Origin: an uncultured Pelagibacteraceae bacterium
GTDB lineage: Bacteria > Pseudomonadota > Alphaproteobacteria > Pelagibacterales > Pelagibacteraceae
Direction of reading: 5' to 3'
Assembly (NCBI GenBank): GCA_902557775.1
Contig: CACEBD010000002.1
Span: 10,144 to 74,143 of the forward strand
Length of the DNA: 64,000 nt
The position numbers and the translations under genes were made by a program. The notes below the pieces were generated by a model that ran no database searches, was not told where the DNA came from, and was given only the letters and a program-made list of their open reading frames with translations. This document shows, piece by piece, positions 38,194-49,997 of this stretch. Numbering within the stretch: position 1 is the first letter of the stretch; each line of letters opens with the position of its first letter.

Positions 38194-39220
38194 CTTTTAA
38201 ATGATTTATGTTGTTATTAATTTGCTGCATTAAATTACCCTTAACAATTTTATAACATAAATCAATTGAGTAATAAAAACCAATTTCATCGGTGCCTCCA
38301 TGACTTTTAACAACTGGTCCATTAAGTCCTAAAAAAATTGCACCATTATATTTTCTTGGATCTAATTTATTTTTAAATTTTTTAAGTGAAAAATAAGAGA
38401 ATATTAATGAAATTTTTGTGATCAAATTTTCGGTTAATGATTTTTTTAAGTTATCGGTTATAAACTTAGCTGTTCCTTCAGCAGTTTTTAATGCAATATT
38501 TCCAGTAAATCCATCTGTTACAATTACATTAGAATCTCCATCCATTATTCTGTTGCCTTCCAAGTATCCTTTAAAAATAAAATTATTTTCATTGCTTAAT
38601 TCACTCAATTTTTTATATGTTTTTTTAAGAGTCTCTGTACCTTTAATTTCCTCTGAACCAATATTTAACAATGAAACTAAAGGTTTTTCTTTTGGAAATA
38701 AAGATTTGTATAAAGCGGAGCCTAATTCTGCAAAATCAACTAAATTAATATCATTACATTCTATATTTGCTCCTAAATCTAAAACAACATTCATGCCATT
38801 ATTATTTGGCCAAAGACCAGCTAAAGCTGGTTTAGATACATCGTTGATCATTTTTAATATCATCCTAGAAATAACCAAAAGCACTCCAGTGTTACCTGCT
38901 GAAAGACTAATGTCGGAGTCACCATCTACTTGAGATTTTATACAATTCCACATGCTTGTATTTTTTGAGTTTTTAACAGCAGTTAAAGGAGTTTCTTCAT
39001 CGGATACTACTTCTTCGGTATGAGTGATGCTTAATTTATTAGATTTAATCTTATATTTTTCTAAAATTTGTTCTAATTTATTTTTATTTCCAAACAATTT
39101 TAAAAAGAAATCATCATTTGATTTGTTTTTATCTAAAAAAAGTTTTACCCCATGAATCGTTTTATCAGGAGAATTTTCTCCACCCATTGCATCAATTGCA
39201 ATAGTAATTTTTTTGCTCAT
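38186..39220 (-). CDS. plsX: Phosphate acyltransferase PlsX
   Basis: IAIDAMGG, SAGNTG, DGFTGNIALK, VKSHG. Confidence 0.97.
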   Translation of the reverse strand: MSKKITIAIDAMGGENSPDKTIHGVKLFLDKNKSNDDFFLKLFGNKNKLEQILEKYKIKSNKLSITHTEEVVSDEETPLTAVKNSKNTSMWNCIKSQVDGDSDISLSAGNTGVLLVISRMILKMINDVSKPALAGLWPNNNGMNVVLDLGANIECNDINLVDFAELGSALYKSLFPKEKPLVSLLNIGSEEIKGTETLKKTYKKLSELSNENNFIFKGYLEGNRIMDGDSNVIVTDGFTGNIALKTAEGTAKFITDNLKKSLTENLITKISLIFSYFSLKKFKNKLDPRKYNGAIFLGLNGPVVKSHGGTDEIGFYYSIDLCYKIVKGNLMQQINNNINHLKGE

Positions 39221-39230
39221 TTATCTAATT

Positions 39231-39404
39231 TTAAATATCTAAAATTTTCTTACCGTTATAATAACCTGATTTAAAATCAATATGATGAGATAGTTTATAT
39301 TCACCACTTTTCTTATCTTCAACTATGTTGTGTGAAGAAAGTTTGTGATGAGATCTCCTCATTTTTTTTTTTGAGATTGAAGTTTTTCTTTTAGGGACAG
39401 CCAT
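39231..39404 (-). CDS. rpmF: 50S ribosomal protein L32 (57 aa; not in the ORF track)
   Basis: Hand translation [22 protein letters not shown]...[25 protein letters not shown]. Confidence 0.95.
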   Translation of the reverse strand: MAVPKRKTSISKKKMRRSHHKLSSHNIVEDKKSGEYKLSHHIDFKSGYYNGKKILDI

Positions 39405-39406
39405 AA

Positions 39407-39901
39407 TTAATATTTAAATCTTTCGCAGTCTTCTATAACATTATGAACGGGCAAATCAAAACAAAAATTATAAAATCTGATAAAATAGCTTGAAAAAAGG
39501 TTAATATTTTCTTCATTTGATACTTTCAATTCATTAAAGTACTTAAAAACTAAATTATTATTAACCTTGAAATCTTTACTACCAATATTTAGTTTAAGTA
39601 AAATATCATAAAATACTTTATTAAAATCTTTCATTTTTTTATTAACCGCTACATCTCCAAACCCTAGTTCTCGTAAATTGTTTTCTATGTTTAAAAAAAG
39701 ACTATCGTAAATATCTTGTTCGAACTTAATATTTTTTTGTTTAAATACTATTAGAATGATAGAAAAATGAAAAAAGATAAGATATAATCGTGTCTCATAA
39801 ATATCTCTTAGATTGATATTTTTGTAAAAAAAAATATTACGAGACAATGATAGTAATATGCTATAAAATTTTGAATTATGTTTTTTAGATTTAAAAATCA
39901 T
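39407..39901 (-). CDS. Ubiquinol-cytochrome c chaperone (Cbp3-like)
   Basis: [17 protein letters not shown] motif; divergent from bamE. Confidence 0.82.
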   Translation of the reverse strand: MIFKSKKHNSKFYSILLSLSRNIFFYKNINLRDIYETRLYLIFFHFSIILIVFKQKNIKFEQDIYDSLFLNIENNLRELGFGDVAVNKKMKDFNKVFYDILLKLNIGSKDFKVNNNLVFKYFNELKVSNEENINLFSSYFIRFYNFCFDLPVHNVIEDCERFKY

Positions 39902-40342
39902 ATAAATTTTTTTTTCATCATATTTTTTTTTATTTTAATGGGATGTAAATTACAAGAGCCATTAAAAACTCATGGTATAATATTTTTGGAAAATAGAGCA
40001 GCAAAATTGACTATAAATCAATCAAATAAAAATGATACCGTTAAAATTTTAGGTCAACCTCAAATTAAAAGTGATGAAGTGAGCGATTCTTGGATTTATG
40101 TTGAAAGAATTTTGTCTAAGGGCAAATACCACAAATTAGGTAAACACGTAATGAAAGAAAATAACGTTTTAGTTTTACATTTTGACAAATTTGGAATTCT
40201 TGAGGAAAAGGAATACTATGGAAAAGATGATATCAATAAAATAAAATTTTCTGAAAGTATTACCGAAAATCAAATGACTAGGAAAAGTTTTGTTCAAAAA
40301 TTTTTACAAAGTGTTAAATCTAAAATGTATCGAAATAAATAG
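39878..40342 (+). CDS. bamE: Outer-membrane assembly lipoprotein BamE
   Basis: LMGC lipobox, ILGQP, WIY, VLHFDKFG; start uncertain. Confidence 0.82.
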   Translation: MFFRFKNHINFFFIIFFFILMGCKLQEPLKTHGIIFLENRAAKLTINQSNKNDTVKILGQPQIKSDEVSDSWIYVERILSKGKYHKLGKHVMKENNVLVLHFDKFGILEEKEYYGKDDINKIKFSESITENQMTRKSFVQKFLQSVKSKMYRNK

Positions 40343-40343
40343 A

Positions 40344-42449
40344 TTAATGTGCAATTACTGCTAATAGAAGCAAAGCAACAATATTTGTAATTTTTATCAT
40401 AGGATTTACTGCTGGACCAGCAGTATCTTTATATGGATCACCTACAGTATCACCAGTTACTGCAGATTTATGTGCTTCTGAACCCTTTCCCCCAAAATTA
40501 CCATCTTCAATATATTTTTTTGCATTATCCCATGCGCCGCCACCAGCTGTCATAGAAACTGCAACAAAAAGTCCTGTAATTATAACACCTAGCAACATCG
40601 CTCCTAGCGAAGACAAGGCAGCTTCGATTCCTCCGATCTGTAAAATAACAAAATATAAAACAATTGGAGATAAAACAGGTAGTAAAGATGGAATTATCAT
40701 TTCTTTGATAGCAGCTTTAGTTAAAAGGTCAACTAAACGACCATAATCAGGTTTACGTTTGCCTTTCATAATTCCTGGAATTTTTTTAAATTGTCGTCTT
40801 ACTTCAATTACTACTGCACCACCGGCTCTTCCAACCGCTTGCATTCCCATAGAACCGAATAAGTAAGGTAACATACCTCCAATTAATAGTCCTGCAACCA
40901 CAAAAGGATTTGATAGGTCAAAAGTAACGTTTACTCCTTCTAAAGCTGAGCCTTTTACTTTAGAAAAAAAATTTATATCTTCAGTATAAGCTGCAAAGAG
41001 TACTAAGGCACCCAAACCAGCCGAACCTATTGCATAACCTTTGGTAACAGCTTTTGTAGTATTACCAACTGCATCTAAGGCATCAGTTGTTTTTCTAACA
41101 TTCTTTGGCAATTTTGACATTTCTGCAATTCCCCCTGCATTGTCAGTTACAGGTCCATAAGCATCCAAAGCAACCACCATACCAGTTAGTGCTAGCATTG
41201 CTGTAACAGCAATTGCAATTCCGTATAAACCAGCTAAGCTATTTGTATATAAAATTCCCGCTACAATTATTAGAGCAGGTATAGCTGTTGCTTCCATAGA
41301 AATAGCTAATCCTTGAATTACATTTGTTCCATGACCTGTTGTTGAAGACTTCGCTACGGTTCGTACAGGTCTGTAATCGGTTCCAGTATAATATTCTGTA
41401 ACCCATATTAATAATCCTGTTATTGCAAATCCTACAACACCACAAATATAAAGATCTAAACCTGTAAAAATTGAACCAGCATTATTATTATATGTATTGT
41501 CCAAGCCGACTATTGAATTAGTAACTGGATACATAATTAATAAAGATGTAACAGCAGTAACAATAAATCCTTTATACAAAGCGCCCATTATACTTTTGCT
41601 TTTCCCTAATTTAACAAACCAAGTTCCGATTATAGATGTTATAATACACGCTCCACCTATGGCTAAAGGATAAATCATTAAATTATAGTCTTGTGGTGAA
41701 AAAATAGAAGCTAAAACCATAGTAGCAACGATAGTTACTGCGTACGTTTCAAATAAATCTGCAGCCATTCCTGCGCAATCTCCGACGTTATCTCCAACAT
41801 TATCTGCAATTACGGCTGGATTTCTCGGGTCATCTTCCGGAATACCTGCTTCTACTTTTCCAACTAAATCGGCACCAACATCTGCGCCTTTTGTAAAAAT
41901 ACCACCGCCTAGTCTAGCAAAAATTGAAATTAAGGAGGCTCCAAATCCTAGTGCGACTAAAGCATTAATGATTTCTCTATTATCGACATTAAGATTAATT
42001 AAAATTATATAGTAAATTGTAATTGCTAATAAAGCTAATCCCGCAACCAACAAACCAGTAATTGCCCCTGACTTAAATGCTATTGTTAAACCTGATTGTA
42101 AACTTTGTCTTGAAGCCTCAGCGGTTCTAACATTCGCTTTAACCGATATTAACATTCCAACATAACCAGCGACTCCTGATAAAAAAGCCCCAATAAAATA
42201 ACCTAAACCAACAAGGTAACTAAAAAAATAACTCACTATAGCTAAAACAATTATTCCAACTACTGCTATAGTTTTGTATTGGCGATTTAAGTAGGCTTTG
42301 GCTCCTATTTGAATTGCTTCTGCTATCTCTTGCATTCTTGAGTTACCTGGACTTGCAGAAATAATTTGACCAGAGAGAAGATAACTATATGCTACTGCTA
42401 AAATACCAGTAAACGAGATAAGATAAAGAAGTTCTAAATAATTTGTCAT
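40344..42449 (-). CDS. hppA: Membrane H+-translocating pyrophosphatase (K+-independent type)
   Basis: [35 protein letters not shown]; start corrected to 42449. Confidence 0.96.
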   Translation of the reverse strand: MTNYLELLYLISFTGILAVAYSYLLSGQIISASPGNSRMQEIAEAIQIGAKAYLNRQYKTIAVVGIIVLAIVSYFFSYLVGLGYFIGAFLSGVAGYVGMLISVKANVRTAEASRQSLQSGLTIAFKSGAITGLLVAGLALLAITIYYIILINLNVDNREIINALVALGFGASLISIFARLGGGIFTKGADVGADLVGKVEAGIPEDDPRNPAVIADNVGDNVGDCAGMAADLFETYAVTIVATMVLASIFSPQDYNLMIYPLAIGGACIITSIIGTWFVKLGKSKSIMGALYKGFIVTAVTSLLIMYPVTNSIVGLDNTYNNNAGSIFTGLDLYICGVVGFAITGLLIWVTEYYTGTDYRPVRTVAKSSTTGHGTNVIQGLAISMEATAIPALIIVAGILYTNSLAGLYGIAIAVTAMLALTGMVVALDAYGPVTDNAGGIAEMSKLPKNVRKTTDALDAVGNTTKAVTKGYAIGSAGLGALVLFAAYTEDINFFSKVKGSALEGVNVTFDLSNPFVVAGLLIGGMLPYLFGSMGMQAVGRAGGAVVIEVRRQFKKIPGIMKGKRKPDYGRLVDLLTKAAIKEMIIPSLLPVLSPIVLYFVILQIGGIEAALSSLGAMLLGVIITGLFVAVSMTAGGGAWDNAKKYIEDGNFGGKGSEAHKSAVTGDTVGDPYKDTAGPAVNPMIKITNIVALLLLAVIAH

Positions 42450-42518
42450 AATATAAGTGCGATAAATGCCAAAAAAGGATAAAAAACGCAAGCTAAACTT
42501 ATTACGATTTTAACTATT

Positions 42519-42920
42519 TTACTCATCTTTTCTTAATACTTTAGAAATTTTATCTAAAATTGCATTTAAATAACCAATTTGAACTTTTTCCAAAAAATAT
42601 TCAGACGCTAGCAAATACTCACTTATTATAACTTTTTTAGGATTATTGTGTTTAAACATAAGCTCAAAAATAGCTGCAAATAGTATAATTTTTAGTAATT
42701 TATCTGTTTTTTTTAAATCTATATCAGTACCTATGTGCTTATAAATTGTTTCCTCAATCAATTCTGATCTTTCTAATGTGCCCGAAACAACATCTTTAAT
42801 AAATTTTTTGTATTGATTTTTAGGATAATCTAGTTGTGTTTCAGGGTTCATTAATGAATTATAGATTTTTTGGATAATAATTATTCTCGGAGTTGAGTTT
42901 TTATATTTTTTTTGGTCCAT
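42519..42920 (-). CDS. nusB: Transcription antitermination factor NusB
   Basis: AIFEL...KVIISEY...YLNAILD; follows ribH. Confidence 0.9.
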   Translation of the reverse strand: MDQKKYKNSTPRIIIIQKIYNSLMNPETQLDYPKNQYKKFIKDVVSGTLERSELIEETIYKHIGTDIDLKKTDKLLKIILFAAIFELMFKHNNPKKVIISEYLLASEYFLEKVQIGYLNAILDKISKVLRKDE

Positions 42921-43320
42921 TTTTTAAAATGGACATAACTGCTTTAGCAGCTTCCAATCCTTTATTTTTAGAATTAGTTCTTCTAGATCTATCAATGGCT
43001 TGTTTTTTATTAAAAGCAGTGATTACACCATTTCCAATAGGTTTACTACTAGATATTGATAAATTCATTATTGCCTCAAATGAAGATTTGCAAATTAAAT
43101 CAAAATGAGGAGTTTTTCCTTTTATGACACAACCAAGAGCTAAAAAAGCATCAAATTTTTTTATATTTTTTTTTATAGCAACTGGAATTTCAAAAACTCC
43201 TGGGACTGTTAATATACTTATTTTGTACTTATTTCTTTTTAAAATCATACTAGAAGATTTAACAAGTTCATTAGCGATATCTTTATAATAACTTGCATTA
43301 ACAATTAATATTTTTTTCAT
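42901..43320 (-). CDS. ribH: 6,7-dimethyl-8-ribityllumazine synthase
   Basis: VPGVFEIP, LGCVIKGKTPHFD, NKGLEAA. Confidence 0.96.
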   Translation of the reverse strand: MKKILIVNASYYKDIANELVKSSSMILKRNKYKISILTVPGVFEIPVAIKKNIKKFDAFLALGCVIKGKTPHFDLICKSSFEAIMNLSISSSKPIGNGVITAFNKKQAIDRSRRTNSKNKGLEAAKAVMSILKNGPKKI

Positions 43321-44375
43321 TTTATAATCACTTGTTTTTTAATTTTTAGACCATAACCCTCTAGACCTATAATTTTTTTTTTTGATCTAGAAAGTAATAT
43401 CATATTTTTTACATTAAAATCTTTGATAATTTGTGCCCCAAAACCATAATATCTTAATGTAAAACTTGTTTCATTTTTTTTATTTTTAGGTATTTCACTA
43501 TTAATTATTACTAGTAAAAAATTTTTATATTTAGACAACAAATTTAAATTCTTGTTAATCTCATCATCTTTTAATAAATTTTTAATTTTAATTTGTTTAG
43601 ACAAAACTCTAATAGGAATTGAACTATTTTTGTTAAATCTCCCTTTAGAAATTACAAAACTTTCTAACATATTTATTTTATTTTTATAAATGCTAAAATA
43701 AGTTTTAGAAATATTATTAATCTTAATTGGTTTTGTTTTTGACCTAAAAATTAACTTTTCATTTTTAAGTCTATAAGCAATCAAATCAGCAATTGATGCT
43801 ATTTTAATTTTATGTCGTTTTGAAAATCTGAATAAATCATTCAATCTAGCCATTCTACCGTCTTCATTCATTACTTCGCAAATTACTGAACTTGGATTTA
43901 ATTTTGACAATTTAGATATATCAACCGAAGCTTCTGTATGACCAGCACGCTCTAAAACTCCACCATTTCTAGAAACTAAAGGAAAAACATGCCCAGGTGA
44001 CACAATATCTTTTCTATTAGATAGCGGATTTATTGCCACTTTAATAGTTTTTGCTCTATCAAAAGCAGATATGCCTGTTGAAATACCTCGTTTAGCCTCG
44101 ATGGATACTGTAAATGCAGTTTGCATTCTTGACTTATTTATTTGAGACATAAGCGGTAACTGTAACTTATCAATTTGTTTTTTTGATAAAGCTAAACAAA
44201 TTAAACCTCGTCCATGTTTAGCCATAAAGTTAATTATTTTTGAATTGCATTTAGACCCGGGTATGACCAAATCACCTTCATTTTCTCTATTCTTGTCATC
44301 TACCAAAATAAACATTTTACCTTTCTTTGCGTCTTTAATTATTGTTTGAATAGATGAAAATATTTTTTTTGACAT
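43317..44375 (-). CDS. ribB: DHBP synthase fused to a degenerate GTP cyclohydrolase II-like domain (RibBX-type)
   Basis: DDKNRENEGD, TAFTVS, PGHVFPL, RAGHTE; C-terminal LRYYGFGAQI but no Zn-Cys cluster. Confidence 0.92.
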   Translation of the reverse strand: MSKKIFSSIQTIIKDAKKGKMFILVDDKNRENEGDLVIPGSKCNSKIINFMAKHGRGLICLALSKKQIDKLQLPLMSQINKSRMQTAFTVSIEAKRGISTGISAFDRAKTIKVAINPLSNRKDIVSPGHVFPLVSRNGGVLERAGHTEASVDISKLSKLNPSSVICEVMNEDGRMARLNDLFRFSKRHKIKIASIADLIAYRLKNEKLIFRSKTKPIKINNISKTYFSIYKNKINMLESFVISKGRFNKNSSIPIRVLSKQIKIKNLLKDDEINKNLNLLSKYKNFLLVIINSEIPKNKKNETSFTLRYYGFGAQIIKDFNVKNMILLSRSKKKIIGLEGYGLKIKKQVIIK

Positions 44376-44376
44376 A

Positions 44377-44964
44377 TTAATTATTATATTTGTAAATATA
44401 TTTTCCAAATATATCTAACTCGACATTTACTAAACTCCCTAATTTGAGACTCTTAAGGTTGGTTAATTTTAAAGTGTGTGGAATTATGTTTAGGTATAGA
44501 TTGTTTTTTGATATCTTTGAAATTGTTAAGGAAACACCATTGATTGAAATTGAAGCCTTTTCTTCTAAATATTTTGTGAATTTGTTATTACGAATTTGTA
44601 ATTTTAATAACCAGGTTTTATCTATTATGTCTATCTTTTTTACTACGGCGGTTGTATCTACGTGGCCTTGGATAAAATGACCTGAAATCTTTTGACCATA
44701 AGTCAAGGATTTTTCTAAATTAACTAAATGGCCAACATCTATGTTGTTAAAATTTGATCTTTTAATAGTTTCATTCGAAATATAAAAAAAAATTAGTCCG
44801 GCTTTTATCTTTGTTAAAGTTAAACAAACACCATTGCAAGAAATAGATGATCCAAGATCTTTGCTTGAGAATCTTGATTTAGTTTTAATCCCTATTAATA
44901 TAGTTTTATTATATTTTTTAATTGTCTTAATTTTTCCTGTGTTAAATATTATTCCATTAAACAT
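44377..44964 (-). CDS. ribE: Riboflavin synthase alpha chain
   Basis: MFNGII, NGVCLT, VNLEK, GHFIQGHVD, IPHT. Confidence 0.96.
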   Translation of the reverse strand: MFNGIIFNTGKIKTIKKYNKTILIGIKTKSRFSSKDLGSSISCNGVCLTLTKIKAGLIFFYISNETIKRSNFNNIDVGHLVNLEKSLTYGQKISGHFIQGHVDTTAVVKKIDIIDKTWLLKLQIRNNKFTKYLEEKASISINGVSLTISKISKNNLYLNIIPHTLKLTNLKSLKLGSLVNVELDIFGKYIYKYNN

Positions 44965-46034
44965 CAGTTTACCTTTACCTTAAATAATTTATCATCATTT
45001 AAATTAACTATAATTTGGTTTTTTGATGAATAATTTTTTAAAACATTTAATTTTATTTTATTAGCACCATGTTTTTTTAGAGATTTTCCACTTTTAAAAA
45101 TATAAAGAGTATTTATCAAATTATATCTTATCAATTCATTAAAAAAAACTAGTCCAGTTTCGATCAATATTCTCCGTTTGCCGATTAAAAAGATTTTTTC
45201 AAATAACTTTCTAAAATCATTTTTGCAATTCAATTTTTGAATTTTAATAATCCTTATTCTTTTTCTTTCAAAAAAAGAGATTTTTTTCTGATTTGAGGAA
45301 GTTGTTACTATATATGTACTTCTTTTTTTCGTTATATTCAAAAGAGATAATTTTTTTTTCAATTTAAGTTTTCTGTCGATGATTATAAGATCTGGTTTGT
45401 GATTATCTAAACCATTAATCCTACAGTTTAATAATGAATTATCTTTATTTACAGTTGTAGAAGTAGATATTATACAATCGTATCTAGACCTTAACAAATG
45501 ACCTGCTTTACGTGACTTATTGTTTGTAATCCATTTTGATTTTCTATTAATAGTATGTAAATCTTTTGAAATAGCTATTTTAGCGTCAATTAAAGGGAAA
45601 TTTTTTTCTTTATTTAAAAAATAACTTTTATAAAAATCTTTATTTCTAAAAATATTATTTTTAATTTTAAAAATTTTTCCATTCAACTTTTTTTTAGCTT
45701 TTTTAAAAGACCTTAAATCAGGATCTTCAAAACAATAATAAACTTTTTTAATCTTTTTTTTTCTTATTAAATTTGTACATGGAGGTGTTTTTCCATAATG
45801 AGAGCATGGTTCTAAAGTTACGTACATTACAGAGTCTTTAAAATTAATTTTATTATTATTTAAAGCATTAAACTCTGCATGCGGTCTACCGCTAATTGAT
45901 GTGACTCCTGAACTAATAACAGAGCCATCCTTTACGACTACACAGCCTACTGATGGATTAGTATTTGTCTTTCCTAAATGAATTTCTGCCAGGTTAAACG
46001 CTAAATTTGAAAAGTAATTATGACTTTTTTTCAT
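44964..46034 (-). CDS. ribD: Riboflavin biosynthesis deaminase/reductase
   Basis: [23 protein letters not shown]. Confidence 0.95.
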   Translation of the reverse strand: MKKSHNYFSNLAFNLAEIHLGKTNTNPSVGCVVVKDGSVISSGVTSISGRPHAEFNALNNNKINFKDSVMYVTLEPCSHYGKTPPCTNLIRKKKIKKVYYCFEDPDLRSFKKAKKKLNGKIFKIKNNIFRNKDFYKSYFLNKEKNFPLIDAKIAISKDLHTINRKSKWITNNKSRKAGHLLRSRYDCIISTSTTVNKDNSLLNCRINGLDNHKPDLIIIDRKLKLKKKLSLLNITKKRSTYIVTTSSNQKKISFFERKRIRIIKIQKLNCKNDFRKLFEKIFLIGKRRILIETGLVFFNELIRYNLINTLYIFKSGKSLKKHGANKIKLNVLKNYSSKNQIIVNLNDDKLFKVKVN

Positions 46035-46479
46035 TAATATTACCTACAAAATCCTCAAAATCTTTCGCCTCACTAAAATTTTTGTAAACAGAGGCAAAAC
46101 GTACATAGGCAACTTTATCTAATGAAGAAAGACCTTCCATAATAAATTTACCTATGGTTGGCGTAGGTATCTCACTCTCACCTAGTCCTTCAAGATTTCT
46201 TACGATTTTTGAAATAAATTTTTCTATTGTTTCGGAATCTATCGGCCTTTTACGGGTTGCAATTCTAATAGACTTTGAAATTTTATCTCTATCAAAAGGT
46301 TCTCTATTGCCATTACCTTTAATTACAGTTAATTCTTGAAATTGGACTCGCTCAAAAGTCGTAAATCTTTCTTTTCTTTCACATCCGCACAATCGTCTTC
46401 TTCGAATAGCTGTTCCATCTTCTGTTGGTCTGGAGTCAACTACCGATGTATCTTTTTCTCTACAAAACGGACAAAGCAT
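46018..46479 (-). CDS. nrdR: Transcriptional repressor NrdR
   Basis: [27 protein letters not shown]. Confidence 0.96.
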   Translation of the reverse strand: MLCPFCREKDTSVVDSRPTEDGTAIRRRRLCGCERKERFTTFERVQFQELTVIKGNGNREPFDRDKISKSIRIATRKRPIDSETIEKFISKIVRNLEGLGESEIPTPTIGKFIMEGLSSLDKVAYVRFASVYKNFSEAKDFEDFVGNINEKKS

Positions 46480-46492
46480 GTTTCTTATTTAA

Positions 46493-47794
46493 TTATTTAT
46501 CATATATAGGAAAAGAAGAGCACAGATCAATAATTTCTTTTTGAACTTCTTTTTCTATTTTTGAGTTATCTTCTTGATTTTTACTTAGACCTTCTATCAC
46601 TTTATAAATTAAATCACCTATCAATTTAAATTCTTCAGACCCAAAGCCTCTAGTGGTACATGCTGGTGTACCTAATCTTATACCTGAGGTAATCATTGGA
46701 CTTTCGCTATCAAAAGGTATTCCATTTTTATTACAAGTAATATTGGCTCTACCTAGCGAAGCTTGAGCATCTTTACCGGTTACACCAAATGATCTTAAAT
46801 CAATTAACATTAAGTGAGTGTCAGTTCCGCCTGAAAAAATTTTAAACCCTTTCTCAGATAATTTTTCAGAGAGAACTTTAGCATTATTAATTACATTTTT
46901 TGTATATTCTTTGAAATCATCTGATAAGGCTTCTCTAAAACAAACTGCTTTAGCCGCGATTACATGCATTAAAGGACCGCCTTGCAAACCAGGAAATATT
47001 GCACTATTAAATTTTTTTATTAAGTCTTCTCTATTCGTGAGAATTATTCCACCTCTAGGACCTCTTAAAACTTTATGAGTAGTCGAAGTTACCACATCAG
47101 CATATTTGGTAGGATTTGGGTAAGCACCTCCAGCAACTAGTCCAGAAAAGTGAGCCATATCCACAAGTAAATATGCCCCAACTTTATCACAAATTTCTCT
47201 GAATTTTTTAAAATCTATTATTCTTGAGTAAGCACTACCACCAGCAATAATAAGTTTTGGTTTATTTTCTACTGCAATTTTTTCTACACTTTCATAATCA
47301 ATCAGTCCCGTATTTTTATCTACCTCGTAATGAAGAGCATTAAACCATTTACCAGATTGTGCTGGTTTGGCTCCATGGGTAAGGTGACCACCTGAATTTA
47401 AACTCATAGCTAATGTTGTATCCCCTGGTTTCAATAAAGCTAAATAAACAGCTCCATTAGCCTGCGCACCAGAGTGAGGTTGCACATTTGCAAAACTACA
47501 ATCAAATAGTTTTTTTGCTCTTTCTATTGCAAGATTTTCGGAAACATCAACATGTTCGCATCCGCCATAATATCTCTTGCCAGGATAACCTTCAGCATAT
47601 TTATTTGTTAATACTGAACCTTGAGCCTCTAAAACAGCTTTCGAAACTATATTTTCTGAAGCAATTAATTCTATATGATTTTGTTGTCTAACAAATTCTT
47701 CTTCGATAGATTTATATAATTCCCTATCTGCATTTTTTAAATTCAGTTTAAAGAAACTATTAAGATATTTATTTAATTTAATTGCAATTGACAT
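46493..47794 (-). CDS. glyA: Serine hydroxymethyltransferase
   Basis: [34 protein letters not shown]. Confidence 0.98.
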   Translation of the reverse strand: MSIAIKLNKYLNSFFKLNLKNADRELYKSIEEEFVRQQNHIELIASENIVSKAVLEAQGSVLTNKYAEGYPGKRYYGGCEHVDVSENLAIERAKKLFDCSFANVQPHSGAQANGAVYLALLKPGDTTLAMSLNSGGHLTHGAKPAQSGKWFNALHYEVDKNTGLIDYESVEKIAVENKPKLIIAGGSAYSRIIDFKKFREICDKVGAYLLVDMAHFSGLVAGGAYPNPTKYADVVTSTTHKVLRGPRGGIILTNREDLIKKFNSAIFPGLQGGPLMHVIAAKAVCFREALSDDFKEYTKNVINNAKVLSEKLSEKGFKIFSGGTDTHLMLIDLRSFGVTGKDAQASLGRANITCNKNGIPFDSESPMITSGIRLGTPACTTRGFGSEEFKLIGDLIYKVIEGLSKNQEDNSKIEKEVQKEIIDLCSSFPIYDK

Positions 47795-47796
47795 AA

Positions 47797-48249
47797 TTAT
47801 ATTTTTTTTACCCTTCTTAAATGTCTTCCTCCCTCGAATTTAGTTTGTAAAAAAACTTCAACTAATTTCAAAGATAATCTTTTATTTGTTAATCTTGAAC
47901 CTAGAGCTATTATATTAGCATTATTATGTTGTCTAGACAATCTTGTAGACCTTAAATTATAGCAAACAGCGGCTCTAATTGTTTTGATTTTATTAGCACT
48001 AATGGCCATACCAGTGCCAGATCCACAAACTAATATTCCAACATCGCTTTTTTTAAGCTTAATTCTATTACCTAGTTTTTTAGCATAATCAGGATAATCA
48101 ACTGAATGGTCATTGTAAGGTCCAATATCAAAAATTGAAATATTTTTATTTATTAAATGATTTTTAATATCTTCTTTAAGATTGAAGCCTGCGTGATCTG
48201 AGGCAATACATGCAGTTTTAAATATCTTAGTTAGTTTTATATTGCTCAT
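47797..48249 (-). CDS. rpiB: Ribose-5-phosphate isomerase B
   Basis: ASDHAG, DYPD, CGSGTG, HNNAN, FEGGRH. Confidence 0.95.
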   Translation of the reverse strand: MSNIKLTKIFKTACIASDHAGFNLKEDIKNHLINKNISIFDIGPYNDHSVDYPDYAKKLGNRIKLKKSDVGILVCGSGTGMAISANKIKTIRAAVCYNLRSTRLSRQHNNANIIALGSRLTNKRLSLKLVEVFLQTKFEGGRHLRRVKKI

Positions 48250-48327
48250 ATTAATTAATTAAATTACACTGTTATAAATTATAATAATATATTTGTCGCA
48301 TTACATTAGAAAAATTCAGGACTTTAC

Positions 48328-49323
48328 ATGAAAATTATTGGTTCTTATCCAAAAACAAGGCTCAGAAGACTTAGAAAAGCTCAGTGGATAAGAAATTTAG
48401 TGTCTGAAAATAACATCTCACACAATGATTTAGTTTTACCAATTTTTGTCAGAGAGGGTAAAAATAAAATCGAGTCGATAAAATCTATGCCAGGAGTAAA
48501 AAGATACTCTATTGATAAATTACCTATAATATTAAAACAAGTAAAAAAATTTAATATTCCTATGGTAGCAATATTTCCTTATGTAGCAAACGGAAAGAAA
48601 GATAATTTGGGAACTGAAGCTTTAAATCCTAATAATCTAATTTGTAAAAGTATAAGACTAATAAAGAAAAAATTTCCACAAATTGGAATAATGTGTGACG
48701 TAGCTTTAGATCCATACACATCACACGGCCATGATGGTATTATTGTAAATAATAAGATTGATAATGATCAAACAGTAAAGATTTTGGTTAAACAGGCTTT
48801 ACTTCAAGCAAAAATGGGATGTGATATGATTGCGCCGTCAGACATGATGGATGGTAGAATTGGTAAAATTAGAAAAGCCTTAGAAAAAGCAAATTATAAA
48901 GATGTTTCTTTGTTATCTTACGCCGTTAAATATGCCTCAAATTATTATGGACCATTTAGAGATGCTGTTGGAAGTAAATCTAAATTAAAACAAGATAAAA
49001 AAACTTATCAAATGGATTTTAGAAATAGCTCTGAAGCATTCAGAGAAGTTGCGCTGGATATAAAAGAAGGTGCTGACATGGTTATGGTAAAACCTGGTAT
49101 GATATATTTAGATATTATAAAACAAATCAAAAATAAATTCAAAGTTCCTGTCTTAGCTTATCAAGTTTCAGGAGAATATTTTTTAATTAAAAATGCTATA
49201 CAAAAAAAAATTTTAAACGATGACTCGATCATTGAAAGCTTAATAGCATTTAAAAGAGCCGGAGCTTCCGCTATTTTAACGTATTTCGCTATTGATATTG
49301 CAAAAAAATTAAAAAATATTTAA
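48328..49323 (+). CDS. hemB: Porphobilinogen synthase
   Basis: DVALDPYTSHGHDG (Cys-free, non-Zn type), PSDMMDGR, MVKPG, YQVSGEY. Confidence 0.97.
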   Translation: MKIIGSYPKTRLRRLRKAQWIRNLVSENNISHNDLVLPIFVREGKNKIESIKSMPGVKRYSIDKLPIILKQVKKFNIPMVAIFPYVANGKKDNLGTEALNPNNLICKSIRLIKKKFPQIGIMCDVALDPYTSHGHDGIIVNNKIDNDQTVKILVKQALLQAKMGCDMIAPSDMMDGRIGKIRKALEKANYKDVSLLSYAVKYASNYYGPFRDAVGSKSKLKQDKKTYQMDFRNSSEAFREVALDIKEGADMVMVKPGMIYLDIIKQIKNKFKVPVLAYQVSGEYFLIKNAIQKKILNDDSIIESLIAFKRAGASAILTYFAIDIAKKLKNI

Positions 49324-49997
49324 GTGTAATAACTCTCCAGTAAAATTCTTGATTTTGGAAAAGATAAATTGTTTGGAAGAAAAAATCTGTTTTGGATAAT
49401 ACTTCTAGTAAAATTGAGAGAAGTTTTTATTAAATTTTTTGAAGGATTATCTGGAATTTTATTTTGAATTAAATATAATGGTGCATCATAAGTAAATGTA
49501 TCAATTTTAATTTTTTGAAAGTCAGTTTCTGATTTATTTTTTTTGAACTGTTCTAAGTTTGGATCATATCCTAAATCTTTAATTAAACTTAATTCTAGAA
49601 ATATATAAAGAATTACCCAATTATCTAACTTTATTGAGTTAACAAATTCTTCAAAAGATTTATAAATATTTTGATTGGGTTGGGAATCTGGTAACAGCAC
49701 ATTTAAAATTGATGATATTGATAACAAAGCTGAAGAACGTTCCTTATCATTGAAATATAGTGGCGAAATGGGTTTCATTAGTTCAGTTTTAAAATAACCT
49801 AATCTATTCTCATTTTTAGCATTGTGATTTATATAAAGTTTATTGGATATTTGTAAATAATTTTTTATTTTTCTAGAATTACCTCCATAAACGACTCCAG
49901 ATACTTTTCCTCTATTTTTTGAAAAAACATTTATTATATTTGCGTTTTCTCTAAATTTTCTCTTAGACAAAAGGTAACATTCATCTTACCAGTTCAT
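49320..49997 (-). CDS. recO: DNA repair protein RecO with in-frame TAA at codon 4 (possible pseudogene, TTG restart at 49970, or sequence error)
   Basis: ATG AAC TGG TAA GAT GAA TGT TAC CTT TTG..., in frame with the 49320-49970 ORF; ELSLIKDLGY motif; follows rnc. Confidence 0.82.
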
